Below are positions 13,641 through 26,557 of a stretch of 64,000 nt of DNA, in pieces. The stretch covers positions 111,228,001-111,292,000 of the forward strand of contig OX597814.1 in the NCBI GenBank assembly GCA_951406725.2, written 5' to 3'. The notes under the pieces are model-generated. The model was not told the DNA's origin. It was given only the letters and a program-made list of their open reading frames with translations, and made no database searches. The stretch comes from Octopus vulgaris (taxonomy: Eukaryota). Within the stretch, counting starts at the first letter, position 1. Every line of letters starts with the position of its first letter. Position numbers and translations under genes: made by a program.

Positions 13641-14070
13641 GTTATTATTCATGGTGTGCACTAATGTTTTACATTCAGAATCAATGTTCTTGACACTGGA
13701 TCACAACAAATTTCCTTGGAGACCAAGAATCTTTCTTACAGTCCTTGCTCTTCCCAATCGAGTACATTTCAGAATTAATGCCTCTCTCAGAGTTACACCA
13801 GTCTCGATAAGAAAACCATCTTTGATGACAGTACCTAAGGCACCCAAAACATCTTGGGTTACTTTTATAGAAACCCTCCTCAGTTGTCATATTTCTCTTA
13901 CCAGATCCTGGTAATTTCCTATTTTCTCCTCTTCTTTGACCACTACGTTAATGTCCAAAAAATATAGCCACATCTTTGATAATGCACTTTTTCCCCCTTC
14001 TCCAGTACAATAATATTTGGTCACTTTGCATGAAGTTTGCAATCAAGGCCTCGTGCCTATGGTAGGAACG
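13640..14070 (-). mobile_element. Degenerate RLE-type (R4/Dong-like) LINE 3' fragment
   Basis: KEEEKIGNYQDLVREI*QLRRVSIKVTQDVLGALGTV...LGRARTVRKILG; (TAA)n flanks. Confidence 0.55.
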
Positions 14071-14264
14071 ATTATTATTATTATTTATGACGATGAGTTC
14101 AAATTCCGTCAAGGTTGACTTCGCCTTTCATTCTTTCAGAGACAGTGAAATAAGTACTAGTTGAGAACTAGGGTCGATGTAATCGACTCATCCCCCTCGC
14201 CCAAATTCTAGTCTTTGTGCCTATAACAGGAAGGATTATTATTATTATTATCATTATTATGCAT

Positions 14265-14490
14265 GGTTGGATGAAACCGAATGGTACAGCAATATTTTTC
14301 ACAAAGGGAACATACTGGCTCAACTTGGAAAAATCTTCAAGAGTTATTTCCCTTGTTCTTGCTTTGCTGCAGTTGAAATAAAATGAAGTGGTTGATCTTT
14401 TTCCAAGTGGACAGCAAACTGTTGAATGCCAACGTACTATCATAAATAGGAAAGACTTAAAAGTGTTGCTGATAACATTGCTCTTGTTCG
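14265..14490 (-). mobile_element. Possible degenerate Helitron Rep-helicase fragment
   Basis: FAVHLEKDQPLHF...TLEDFSKL...PFVKNI resembles the Helitron VHLE..Q...TTL..FF.L segment; frameshifted, with stops. Confidence 0.35.
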
Positions 14491-14519
14491 GCTTTGCTGG
14501 AATTAGGGTAACTTCCTCT

Positions 14520-15019
14520 TTGCTGTTTTGCTAGAGGAGACCTGTTGAGTCAAGTACATGAACATGAACATCGAAATAAATATCAATGGAAATAGTAGTT
14601 GTGATACCTGTACCGGTGGCACATAAAAAGGACTATCCGAACGTGGCCGTAGCCAGCGCCGACTCGACCGGCTTCTGTGCCGGTGGCACATAAAAAGCAC
14701 CATCCGAACGTGGCCGATGCCAGCGCCACCCCGATTGGCTTCTGTGCCGGTGGCACATAAAAAGCTCTATCCGAACATGGCCGTTGCCAGCGCCGCCTTG
14801 GCTGGCTTCCGTGCCGGTGGCACGTTAAAAGCTCCAACCGATCGTGGCCGATGCCGGACTCCCCTGGCACCTGTGCAGGTGGCACGTAAAAAGCACCCAC
14901 TACACTCGCGGAGTGTTTGGCGTTAGGAAGGGCATCCAGCTGTAGAAACTCTGCCAGATCAGACTGGAGCCTGGTGCAGCCCTGGTCGAACCATCCAACC
15001 CATGCTAGCGCGGAAAATG

Positions 15020-15020
<1 letters not shown>
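14520..15020 (+). mobile_element. RTE 3'-UTR repeat with VNTR
   Basis: Same unit and 3' block as 12228-12850. Confidence 0.8.
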
Positions 15021-15280
<260 letters not shown>

Positions 15281-15299
15281 TGGTTTTATCTCTAATTTA

Positions 15300-15562
15300 A
15301 TATCAAGTGATCACGTGACCGACCAGACCATCAGATGTTTTACACATCGCTGGTCACAATGCATTCACATTGTTTTAGCCTTCAAATGACGCCACCCCGC
15401 TGGCTAAGCGTGCAGGCCAACAGAAGAAAGAGTGAAAGAAAGAGTACAGCAGGGATCACCACCCCCTGCCGGAGCGTCATGGAGCTTTTAGGTCTGGGAA
15501 TCGAAACCGCAATCCTACGACCGCAAGTCCGCTGCCCTAACCACTAGGCCATTGTGCCTCCA
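15300..15562 (-). mobile_element. tRNA-derived SINE (related pieces near 10090, 21665, 26790, 28700, 47100, 50150)
   Basis: Minus-strand head GTGGAGGCACAATGGCCTAGTGGTTAGGGCAGCGGACT...GGTTTCGATTCCCAGAC with Pol III A and B boxes. Confidence 0.65.
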
Positions 15563-16199
15563 CCTAATTTAATATATATATTATATATATTTATACTGTA
15601 AAATTAGATTTAATCCTAAATCTAATTTTTTTCCCTGTAAGTTTGGATTTACTCCCTAATATTATTATTATTATATATATATATATATATATGTTGTAGT
15701 TGTGTTATCTGTGCCGGTGGCACGTAAAAAGCACCATCTGAACGTGGCCGATGCCAGCACCGCCTTGACTGGCTTCCATGCCAGTGGCACGTAAAAAGCA
15801 CCCACAAGGGCATCCAGCTGTAGAAACACTGCCAAATCAGACTGGAGCCTGGTACAGGCTCCTGGCTTCCCAGGCCCCAGTCAAACCGTCCAACCCATGC
15901 AGTATGGAAAACGGATGTTAAATGATGAAAGAAAAAATGAAAGAAAGAAAGAAAGAATATATATATGACAGGCTTTTTTCAGTTTCTGTCTACCAAATCC
16001 ATTCACAGGATATGATAAAGAATGGAAGATTCTTGCCCCAAGGTGCCGAGTGGTGGGACTGAACCTAGAGCCATGTGGTTGGGAAGCAATCTTACCACAC
16101 AGCCATGCTGTGCCTATGCATATTTTAATTTTACTGGCCAATAGATAGAGGTTGTGAGAACTGATTTGCATATGATTTGCATGTTAAGTCTTTTATCTT

Positions 16200-16630
16200 A
16201 CATCTTTTATTTGTGTCCATCATTAGATTGTAGCCATGCTGGAGCACCACCCTGAAAAATTTTCAGTTGAATGAATCGACCCCAGTGCTTATCTTTTTTA
16301 AAGCCTGATGCTCATTCTATTGGTCTTTTTTGCTGAACTGCTAAGTTATGGGGATGTAAACACACCAACACTGGTTATCAAGGAGTGGTGGTGGACAAAC
16401 CCAGACACAAAGACCCACACACACGCACGCATGCATGCACACATGCATGCACGCACGCGCACATACACACACAATGGGTTTCTCTCAGTTTCTGTCTACC
16501 AAATCCACTCACAAGGCTTTGGCCAGCCCATGGGTCTAGCAGAGGATACATTTTCAAGGTGCTAAGCAGTGGGACTGAACCCAGATCCATGTGGTTGTGA
16601 AGTGAACCTTTTACCATACAGCCATCACCA
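16200..16630 (-). mobile_element. tRNA-derived SINE with internal (TG)n, family of 43872-44280
   Basis: Reverse complement of the 43872 element. Confidence 0.75.
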
Positions 16631-17294
16631 GTAAAAATTTAATCTGTGCTGTGAGGGTTCAATCGGGTGGTCATGTCTGGGTTATTTCAGATGCGACCAT
16701 TTTATCAATGGCTGTTAACATGTCAGTATTTGAAAGATCTTCTCATTTTGGTTTCAATTCTACTTAAATTTCACATCACAGAAAGGACTCTTCATTTCCC
16801 TGCTGTGTTCCCTTGAAGCTCTTCCTTAGAATCATTAGATTTACCAATAATAAATCTTCTAATTTCCACAGGGCCATATTCTCGACCACCTCCATCAACG
16901 TTTCCACAAGCATTTCCACCAACAATGTATCCGTCGCTTCCACCGTTTTATGATCCAGGTAATATTTTAGCCGTTTTACTTTCACATTATTCTCTCTAAT
17001 ATAAAGCTTATTTCAAATTCCACTGAGGTTGACTTTACCTTTCATCCTTTCGGGGTTGATTAAATAGGTACCAGTTACGCACTGGGTTAATGTAATTGAC
17101 TTGATTCTTTTGTCTGTCCTTGTTTGTCCCCTCTATGTTTAGCCCCCTGTGGGCAATAAAGAAATAATATAACAGACAATTGGAACCTGGACAGCCCTCC
17201 AGCTGACCAGCCCTGTCAAACTGTCCAACCCATGCTAGCATGAAAAACAAGTGTTAAACGATGATGGTGATGTGATTGTATATTTGATGATGTG

Positions 17295-17474
17295 ATTACT
17301 CTTTTACTTGTTTCAGTCATTTGACTGTGGCCATGCTGGAGCACCGCCATTTTAGTCGAGCAAATCAACCCCAGGACTTATTCTTTGTAAGCCTAGTGCT
17401 TATCCCATTGGTCTCTTTTGCCAAACTGCTAAGTTAGAGGGACGTAAACACATCAGCATCAGTTGTCAAGCACA

Positions 17475-17507
<33 letters not shown>

Positions 17508-17690
17508 ACACACACGCACGCACACATACACACACACATACACACACACACACATATATATATATACATATATACGATGGGCTTCTTTCAGTTTCTGTCT
17601 ACCAAATCCACTCACAAGGCTTTGGTCAGCCCAAGGCTATAGTAGAAGACACTTGCCCAAGGTGCCATGCAGTGGGACTGAACCCAAAAC
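17295..17690 (-). mobile_element. tRNA-derived SINE with internal (TG)n, family of 43872-44280
   Basis: Reverse complement of the 43872 element; head truncated. Confidence 0.75.
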
Positions 17691-19194
17691 ATGATTGTTT
17701 ATTTTTAGAATGGCATTGTAGGGTAGGTGTGAGCAGACATATCTGGCCAGTTTGAACATAAAGCAGGTAGAATATTTTGGCCAGATATGACCAGTTTGAA
17801 TCCTTAAGGGTTAAAGTCTTTTTCATAATTCTAGATAAAGATTTGTACTTACACCTTTCAATATTAAACTGTCTAAGACCACCTTGGGTTCTGTGATGCA
17901 AAATATTTCATTTTAAAGCATTCATAACCAATATAAAATTTTCAACCATAATTATTCCATTCTGGGGGTGCTGGTGGTGGAGAAAGTAGCAGAAGAGACA
18001 AGGGAAAGGATCATATCAGGGAGAGAAAGAACAGTGTCAGGGTTAGTGAGAGAGAGTGGGGGGTGGTGACTGGGTTGAGTTGTGTAGGGCAGATACAGAG
18101 ATAGAGATGTGAAAGTGAAGAGGAATCCAAGAAGTTGTGAGAAGGGGGTCAGAAAGAGAGAAGAGAGGTCTCATGAGAGTAGAGGAGAAGACTGTAGAAA
18201 AAGGCTCAGTACAGGAAAAGAAAGACAGGGGTGGAGAAGGACCGGGGGATGAATGCAGCAAGAGCAGTGATAAGGAAGTGTGAGGAGGGGTGGAGAGGAT
18301 CATAGATGCAGGAGGAAAAGGAAAGGATGATAGGGAGTGTGGGGAAGAAGAGGAACATAGGGGCAGAGGGCGAAGAAAAGGATCATAGGAGCAGGAGAGG
18401 ATCATAAGTAAAAAAGAGGATCAAAGGACCAATGGGGGAGGAGAGGATCATAAGGAGGAGGGTGAGGATAGGATCATAGGAGCAAGAGGGTGGAGAGAGG
18501 AAGCAGAGGAGTGGTTTGTAGGGGCCCTATGAACCTCTCCTCCACCTCATATTCCTGTGATCCTCTCCACTTCTTAGTCCTAAATTATATTGTGGCCAAT
18601 GCCAGTGTCGCATAACTGGACCGTTTAAAAGTACCTTTCAATCATCAGGCAATATGCTGTGCTTAAGAAGACATGTTGAGTCAAATGAAATCATTGTCGT
18701 AGCCAATGCCAGTGCCACCTAACTGGCACATAAAAAGCACCAATCGAGCGTGGTCGTTGCTAGTGCCGCCTGACTGGCACCCGTGTCGGTGGCACATAAA
18801 AAGCACCATTTGAGTGTGGTCAATGCCAGGACCACCTGATTGGCTCCCTAGTCAGCAGCACATAAAAAGCACCCACTACACTCTTGGAGTGGTTGGCATT
18901 AGGAAGGGCATCCAGCTGTAGAAACCTTGCCCAAACAGATTGGAGCCTTTTGCAGCCTCTTGGCTTGCCAGTCATCAGTCAAACCATCCAACATATGACA
19001 GCATGGAAAGTGAACATTAAAAGATGATGCTGATGATGATGTTAAGTATTAGATTGTCAGATAATTTCGTTTTTTTTCCATTTTATTCCTTTTTTGTCAT
19101 CAGCAATTTTACCAAATCAGTCAATAATAAATTCTCTTTCATTGTTCATAACTGCTTACCAACATTCCAGTCACTTGTCAATGCTCTGAAGATC

Positions 19195-19465
19195 CACATC
19201 TCATTGAGCCATGTCTCATTGAGCCACATTTCATTGAACCACATCTCATTGAGCCACATCCCATTGAGCCACATCACATTGAGCCACATCCCATTGAGCC
19301 AAATCTCATTGAACCACATCCTATTGAGCCAAATCTCATTGATCCACATCTTATTGATCCACACCTCTTTGAGACACATCTCATTGAGTCACATCTCATT
19401 GACCCACGTCTCACTGAGCCATGTCTCATTGAGCCAAATCTCATTGAACCACATCTCATTGTGTC
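19195..19465. repeat. 15-bp minisatellite (CACATCTCATTGAGC), about 18 copies
   Basis: Tandem units read directly. Confidence 0.9.
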
Positions 19466-20589
19466 ACATTTTCAGCTCCATGAGAAATGAAACTCTTCAG
19501 AGACTACTGATGAGTGACTGAAAAAGTTTATAATCTGAGGGTGCCATGTTATGAGAATATGGTAGATGTGGCAGAACTTCGCAACTGAGCTCAAATTAGC
19601 AAAGAGAGAGCTATAAAAAAAAATCCATAAAACAATAATTTTTGTACAATTTTTACATTATTTAAATTTGACAGATATTTGTTCTCATCTTATTTGTTGG
19701 TTAACACAACGTTTCGGCTGTTATACCCTCCAGCTGTCTTCAGGTAACCTGGGGGGAAATTTCAAACCTGGGTTCTCATTCCTAAGGTATTTTTCAATGT
19801 GTTGTTGTTATTCAGGTTACTGCCTTTAATTTTTTTGTGTTCAAATAACATTGGAAAGAAACAAAGGAATTTATCTGAAACCCCACCACTTTTGGAGCTG
19901 TTTCTTAGAGTCATCATCATCATCACTTAACATCTGTTTTCTTTTCCATGCTGGTGTTGGTTGGACAGTTTGAGCAGAGCTGGCCAGCTGGAGGGCTGCA
20001 CTAGGCTCCAGTCTTCTTTTTTTTTTTTGCATGGTTTCTATGGTTAGATGCCCTTCCTAACACCAACCACTTTACACAGTGTGTAGGGTGCTATCATGTG
20101 GCACCATCACCTATGTTTTTAGAACATGGAGACAAGGTGGCTGAGTTCCTTTGAGCATTGGGCCTCATGGTGGCAAGGTGGATGAGTTCCTTTTGAGTGT
20201 TGGGCCTCATGAAGGTAATGACCAAGACCTTTGGCTTTATGTTGTGCTTGAGAAGAAGACCCATCAAGCCAAGCAAAATCACAGTCGTGGAAGATACCGG
20301 TGTCATGCAAATGGCACCCGTGCCGGTGGCACATAAAAACACCCATTACAATCTTGGAGTGGTTGGTGTTAGGAAGGGTATCAAGCTGTAGAAAACCATG
20401 CCAAATCAGACTGGAGTCTGGTGCAGCTATCTGGGTCGCCAGTCCTCAGTCAAGCCATCCAACCTGTGCCAGCATGGACAACGGACATTAAATGATGATG
20501 ATGATGATGATGATGAATTAAAACAGTTTTTGTATTCCGTCAGTAAGAAAAGTGACAACTTACCAAAATAATTCTTCTAATTTCTACAG

Positions 20590-20667
20590 GACCGCATTCT
20601 CCACCAATGATGCAGCCATCACTTCCTTTTGTACCACATGCACCAGCAACTGGTCCACCATATTATG
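20590..20667 (+). CDS. Coding exon D (GPHSPPMMQPSLPFVPHAPATGPPYY)
   Basis: tttctacag acceptor, G|gtaatg donor, 78 nt, phase 1-1. Both ends are paralogous to exon C. Confidence 0.8.
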
Positions 20668-20794
20668 GTAATGTTTTAATTTTTAACTATTAAATTTTTA
20701 TAAAGGCTTGTGTCAGCCTCTCCAGTACTAAACAAACTTAGGCCACCTTCAGTTCTATGATGCAAAGCATCTCATCCTGATGTGTTCACAGGCA

Positions 20795-20958
20795 CTGGTG
20801 TGGGTGTGTGGCAAGAAGCTTGATTCTCAACCAGATGGTTCCAGGTTCAGTCCCTCTGTGTGGTAACTTGGGCAGTTGTCTTTTGTTATTGCCTCAGGCT
20901 GACCAAAGCCTTGTTAGTGGATTTGGTAGATAGATGCTAAAAGAGGCTTTGTCACTTA

Positions 20959-21004
<46 letters not shown>

Positions 21005-21225
21005 TGTTTGTCCCCTATCAATGCTTGACATGCTTGACAACTGGTGCTAGTGTATTGAAATCTTTGTAACTTAACAGTTTGGCAAAAGAGATTGATAGAA
21101 TAAGCACCATGCTTAAAAAAAAAGAAATAAGTAGTGGGTCAATTCAGTCAATTAGAAATTCTTTAAGGCAGTGCTCCAGCATGGCCACAGTCTAATGACT
21201 GAAACAAGTAAGAGGTAAAAGATAG
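20795..21225 (+). mobile_element. tRNA-derived SINE, family of 43872-44280
   Basis: Head, (TG)n and GCTCCAGCATGGCCACAGTC...AAACAAGTAA tail. Confidence 0.7.
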
Positions 21226-21924
21226 TTATATTCAACTTAAAGCCTTCTGTCGTAATTATTTCTTATTTCATTATTGCCCACAAGGGGCTAAACATAGAGG
21301 GGACAAACAAGGACAGACAAAGGGATTAAGTCAATTACATTGACCCCAGTGCGTAACTGGTACTTAATCTATTGACCCCGAAAGGATGAAAGGCAAAGTA
21401 GCTTTCTAGGTGCAATCCCATGGTCAGCATCATGACCAAAGGGGGTCTCGATGATGGTGGCACTTGTTTACACATAGTGCATAATACCAAGACAAGAGCA
21501 TGCACACACATACACCCTGAAGTACGCATGTATATATAATAGATATATAAAAAGAAATTGCTCTTTCTAGGGATGTCTTATATCCAAGCATCCACTGGTT
21601 TATCTCTGTATCGATTAATTTATAGATGTTTTCATTTATTCAATATTTATTCATTTATTCAACGCCCGGTCTGGGAATCGAAACCGCGATCCTATGACTG
21701 CGAGTCCGCTGCCCTAACCACTGGGCCATTGTGCCTCCACTCATTACCATATATGAGGAAAGACACAAAGACCAAATTGAAAGTTTATTTATTTATTTTT
21801 TTTTTCCATAGCAACTGCTCTCACACCATTTCACCATCTTGCCTGGTTTGGGGCACCCTATTTTTTCAAACCAACCCTCCTAATCTCCTCCTCTACCTTT
21901 TCTTTGGTTTGCCTAGCTTTCGCA

Positions 21925-22282
21925 TTCCACGTAAAAGCACCATCCGTTTGTGGCCATTTGCCAGCTCCGTCTGGCCCCGTGTCGGTGGCACGTAAAAGCA
22001 CCATCCGTTCGTGTCCATTGCCAGCCTCGCCTGGCCCCCGTGCCGGTGACACGTAAAAGCACCATCCATTCGTGGCCGTTTGCCAGCTCCGTCTGGCACC
22101 TGTGCAGGTGGCACGTAAAAAGCACCCACTACACTCATGGAGTGGTTGGCGTTAGGAAGGGCATCCAGCCGTAGAAACACTGCCAGATCTGACTGGGCCT
22201 GACAAAGCCTTCCAGCTTCACAGACCCCAGTTGAACCGTCCAACCCATGCTAGCATGGAAAGCGGACGCTAAATGATGATGA
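21925..22282 (+). mobile_element. RTE 3'-UTR repeat with VNTR
   Basis: 3-4 VNTR units, conserved block, GGAAAGCGGACGCTAAATGATGATG end. Confidence 0.8.
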
Positions 22283-22382
22283 ATATATGAGAAGAGAATT
22301 TAGTAATATAATATAAAGAAAATGGAGAGTTTGAGCACAACAAAATCAATTTATTTGCATAATAATAGTCAATTTGATAACG

Positions 22383-23030
22383 ACTATGCACGTTTCAATA
22401 TCTACCTTCATTTATATTTTACAATTAATATTTTACAATTAAAAATTACATTATGAATTTTGAAGGTAAAAATCTCTTCAGGGCATATACATTTTACATC
22501 CTAATAGATGTGGTTTTCAATACAGACATTCTTTCTCTATATTATATTACTATATAGTTATACATAAATATACAATGAGCTGTTTTAAGTTTCCATCTAC
22601 CAAATCCATCTACAAGGCTTATATAGACATTTGTAGGAAGAGATGATGAGAATAGTTGCTGCAGTATGACCATTCCATCTATTATTCAAATAGATTTAGC
22701 TGCTGTTAATTCTACAACAACTTTTCTTCCACAGCAGACTTTGGTATTGCATGAATAATGACTTGTTGCTTATAATTTGGCTACTTATTTTTGTGGCAAA
22801 ATTTAGAGATGAAGGACCAAAAGCCAAAGCAGTAAGATATAAGGTGTTAGATGTGAATTTCTGCATTTTTGAACTGAAAGGTAAACCTTGCAAGCTGTGT
22901 TCTGTCGGCCTCTGATGTGGCACTCTTTTCTTTAATCATTAATCATTGTCTTCCTTCCTGTCACTTCCAAAGTTAGATGGAGTTGAAGACGGCATCATTT
23001 TCCTTTTGGAAAGCAGCCTTGTGAATGGAT
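22383..23030 (-). mobile_element. Degenerate Penelope-like element 3' region with a hammerhead-like remnant
   Basis: Minus strand YSCNTKVC...EEKLL...LNNR, similar to the GIY-YIG C-terminal region. Downstream UAUGC-C-CUGAAGA-(long stem UACCUUCA/UGAAGGUA)-GAAACGU-GCAUA at 22383-22488. Confidence 0.45.
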
Positions 23031-24118
23031 CTGAGTAAAATGAATTTGCTCAAGTTGTTATGTAGTGGGACTGAACCTGGAGATATGTAATTGAGAAGCA
23101 AACGTCTTAACCAGACAGCCATGCCTGCACCAAGGGTTATGGTTTAGCTTCTTTTACTATTGAACCTCTGAACTCTTAATCCTCTTATTACTGAATCGTT
23201 TCATGAAACAAATAATACAGACTGATGTAATATATTTCAAATTGCTTAAAACGTAATTTTTTTTATGGCATATTCAGAGGAGGAAGAGTATTGCCTGTAG
23301 TCCTTTTAAGGGCCACCTAAACTAATGGGAAAAATGAATGAATTTATCTTACTATCAGATAGCTAACTCTAATGCTAACTAAAGGTACTAAAGATCAGGT
23401 GGTGGTGTTAAGCTAAATTGCAGATTAAGTCTATTCCCCAAGAAAAAAGACGATCCCCCTTCCCCAAGATTCCATCTCCTTAATTTCGTTCACAAGTGTT
23501 TGATCAACCCAAAGTTGTGGTAGAAGACATTTATCCAAGTACCACACTGTGAGATTGAACTCAGAGTTATGCATTTCCTAAATGAACTTCTTAATCACCC
23601 ACACTCCATCCTGATTAAACCATTACCAATATTTAATGCAGTGGTTCCACTCAGATGGACCTTCATAGCCAACCTGTGTTTTAAAGAAATCTCATATTTT
23701 TATAATTTAATATTATTAAGAATTGTATAAAATGAAAACTGTTAAAATATTTTTTGCATATTGTAGAAGTATAGAATGTTACTAAAGTAATTGTGAAAGT
23801 CACCAATGTAATTTGGGTTCAATCGTAACACGGTGTGTGTAGTTACTAATTTAGAGTGAGTGTTCTGTGATTTTAAAGTATGAAGAGTATCCGTGAGAGA
23901 ATCCGTTTGAGTGTCCTTTTCAATAAACGTGAATAAAGAATGTTCAGGAGGCAGTTCATTTACAACAAAGCATTGTAAACTTTATTTAAATAAAACAAGC
24001 GCTGGCAAGTAGTAGCAATGATTAATCGGTGGGATGGGAGAGATAAAAGAAACTTAGGAAGGAGGATAGATCAGAAAGTAGGGGAGATGATGTGCAAGGT
24101 GTAAAAATGAAAGGGGAT

Positions 24119-24150
<32 letters not shown>

Positions 24151-24754
24151 CTGTAGGACAGAAATGGAGATGAGAGGTACATGGGGGTAGCTAGACTGAG
24201 TAGAGTGACAATGGTGCACATTCATGTATATGACTATTTGAGTTCTTTCACTTTCATGTTTTGACTTTTACTTACACCCTCGTTTTCACTTCAAGAAATC
24301 TACAATATTCAGATTACAATAAATGTGAACAAACTAGTGTTTGTTTTAGAAGTGTCGAAATGTATTGCGAGATACAAATAAGATAATAATTTATTTTCAA
24401 ATGCAGAAACATTGCTAGAATGGCAGAGATTGGATAAAATATCCATACAAAGCAGAAAAACTTGTCAGCAACCAGCCATGAGACTCTAATTCACATCCCT
24501 TTGATTACTGGTCAAGTGCTTTACCATTTAAGCTAAACTGCCCACTGACAAATTAATCTGCAATTTTTGAAGGCTGGTTGCTAACAAATTTTTCTGCTTT
24601 GTTTGGGTATTTTATCCAGTCTCTGTTGTTCTAGCAGTGTTTATGCATTTGAAAATAAATTATCACCTTATGTGTATCTAGAATATTCTTTTCTTTCAAA
24701 TGTACAAGTAGTTACTTGGAATATTTTAACATCTTTTGTTTCTGCTTATAACAG

Positions 24755-25068
24755 GCTTCTACCCTTCCTATTCTTGGCACCATCACTCAGCACCAGTGCC
24801 ACCACACCACACTAAAGTCCCAGCACCTATAAAAGAAGAAGCAGCAAACTTAACATACCCTGATAATGATAATGGAGATAACAACAGCGATTGGTTAATA
24901 AAAGGCTTCGACTGGCCAGGATGGCAAGTTGTGGCATCGAATGCCTCTGAGGTAGCGCTCCTAAAAAAAGGTTTGAAAAAGATTGTTGATGATGCTGGTC
25001 AGTCCTGGAAAGCAAGGGTGTCAAAACATTTCAAGGAACAAAAGAAATTATTTGGCTTTTTGAACAAG
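24755..25068 (+). CDS. Coding exon E (His/Pro-rich linker plus start of a globular segment)
   Basis: ataacag acceptor, AAG|gtgaat donor, 314 nt, phase 1 to 0. GFYPSYSWHHHSAPVPPHH...DWLIKGFDWPGWQVV...LFGFLNK. Confidence 0.85.
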
Positions 25069-25203
25069 GTGAATACTCTTTATTTTTATTCTTTTTTACT
25101 ATTATTTAAGGTAATGAGCTGGCAAAATTGTTAGCACAGTGGATAGAATGCTTGACTGCATTCCATCTGTCTTTGTGCTTTGATACAGTTCTATATTTAG
25201 AAC

Positions 25204-25445
25204 GGACATATGGCATAGTGGCTAAGAGCACGGGCTACTAACCCCAAGATTCTGAGTTCAATTCCAAGCAGTGACCTTCATAATAATAATGATAATAATA
25301 GCATCGAAAAATACTTTAAGAATGAGAACCCAGGTTCAAAATTTCCCCAAGATACCTGATGAAGGCTGGAGGGTATATCAGCTGAAACGTTGTGTTAACA
25401 ACAAACAAGATGAGGACAAATATCCGTCAAATGTAAATAATGTTT
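25204..25445 (+). mobile_element. tRNA-head plus hammerhead SINE (copy with the best-preserved ribozyme)
   Basis: A box TGGCATAGTGG, B box GAGTTCAATTCC, (AAT)n spacer, then the hammerhead-bearing 3' module. Confidence 0.75.
25351..25396 (+). ncRNA. Minimal type I hammerhead ribozyme motif
   Basis: GAUAC-CUGAUGA-A-GGCUG(GAGGGUAUAU)CAGCU-GAAAC-GUU-GUGUU: core, stems I and II, and palindromic AACGUU in place of stem III. Confidence 0.7.
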
Positions 25446-26340
25446 ATGCTTTGAGTTCAAATTCCACTAAGGTTGACTTTGTCCTTCATCTTTTCTGGAT
25501 TGATAGAATAAGTACTAGTTGAACACTGGGAGGGTCTATCTAACTTACCGACCCCTCTCTTCCAAAATTGAAACTATTATTTTTACTTAAATGTTTCTAT
25601 ATTATTTTAGTGTTGTGCAGTTCTCAATCACTGGGCCGCAGCCATAAAAGGTTTTGTACCACCGCCTTTGAGGGTTTTAGTCAGTTATTTCTAGCAATGC
25701 TTTTGCTTGTTTTATTGATAACTATTTATTATTGATAAACTATTTTTGGAGAATTTTCTTCATTTGAATTTCTATGTGCTTGATGTTAGCCAAGTTTATA
25801 TGTTGGCGGATCTGAGACTCACCTACGAACAGTTGACCAGTACCAGAAATAACCCAGTTTACCAATCCACTGTCATTAGGGAGTGACGACCCTACCTGAC
25901 ACAAGTCCTGGGCTCAGCTGGCTCCAGCTGACAGTACCCAGTATGGGCCCTATCCAGGGTTTACGGAAAGGAGACAACCTTCAAAGAAATCTGGAGTGGA
26001 ACCCTGTAGGCAGTTTAGTGTTCAACTCGACACTCTTCCGGCAGCTCCTGCAACCAAGTTGGTGCCAAACGTAATGCTCTGCACTCCTTTGGACTACATC
26101 AGCAAGGTCGAGAGAGGAATCCTGACGATTGGGCTACCCAGGATTTTCTTACATCTAGCCCAGGCCTGCGCAAAACTGGAGAGAACATGAAATGTAAAAA
26201 CCAGACTGGATTAGTTTATGCACAACTCCATTGTCTCCCGAGACAAAAGGATGCCAACATAACATGTATATGGAATACTTTGCATTTTTGCACACATACA
26301 CACACATATGTACTCACACATATATGTATAAACATATATT

Positions 26341-26557
26341 CAGGGTGTGGCAGAAGTAACACCCTTTTTGCATTTAATAACTTTTATCATATATAAATAT
26401 TTATAAAGTAATTTTTTATTCAACACAAATTCAATACTTTACTTAAAGAAACAAATAATAAACTAATGAAAAAATTGCAGAAGTTTTAAGAAATAAAAAA
26501 GAAAAAGAAAAACCAGAAAACTCAAATACAAAAGGGCATTACTTCTGCTGCACCCTG
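26341..26557. mobile_element. Tc1/mariner-type MITE
   Basis: TIRs CAGGGTGTGGCAGAAGTAACACCCTTTT / AAAAGGGCATTACTTCTGCTGCACCCTG, TA on the right flank. Confidence 0.75.

Noticed and set aside
25611-25660. Possible extra exon CCAVLNHWAAAIK after a ttttag acceptor
   Set aside because: Weak donor and the wrong exit phase; the sequence resembles a degraded SINE tail; exons E and F already join in frame.
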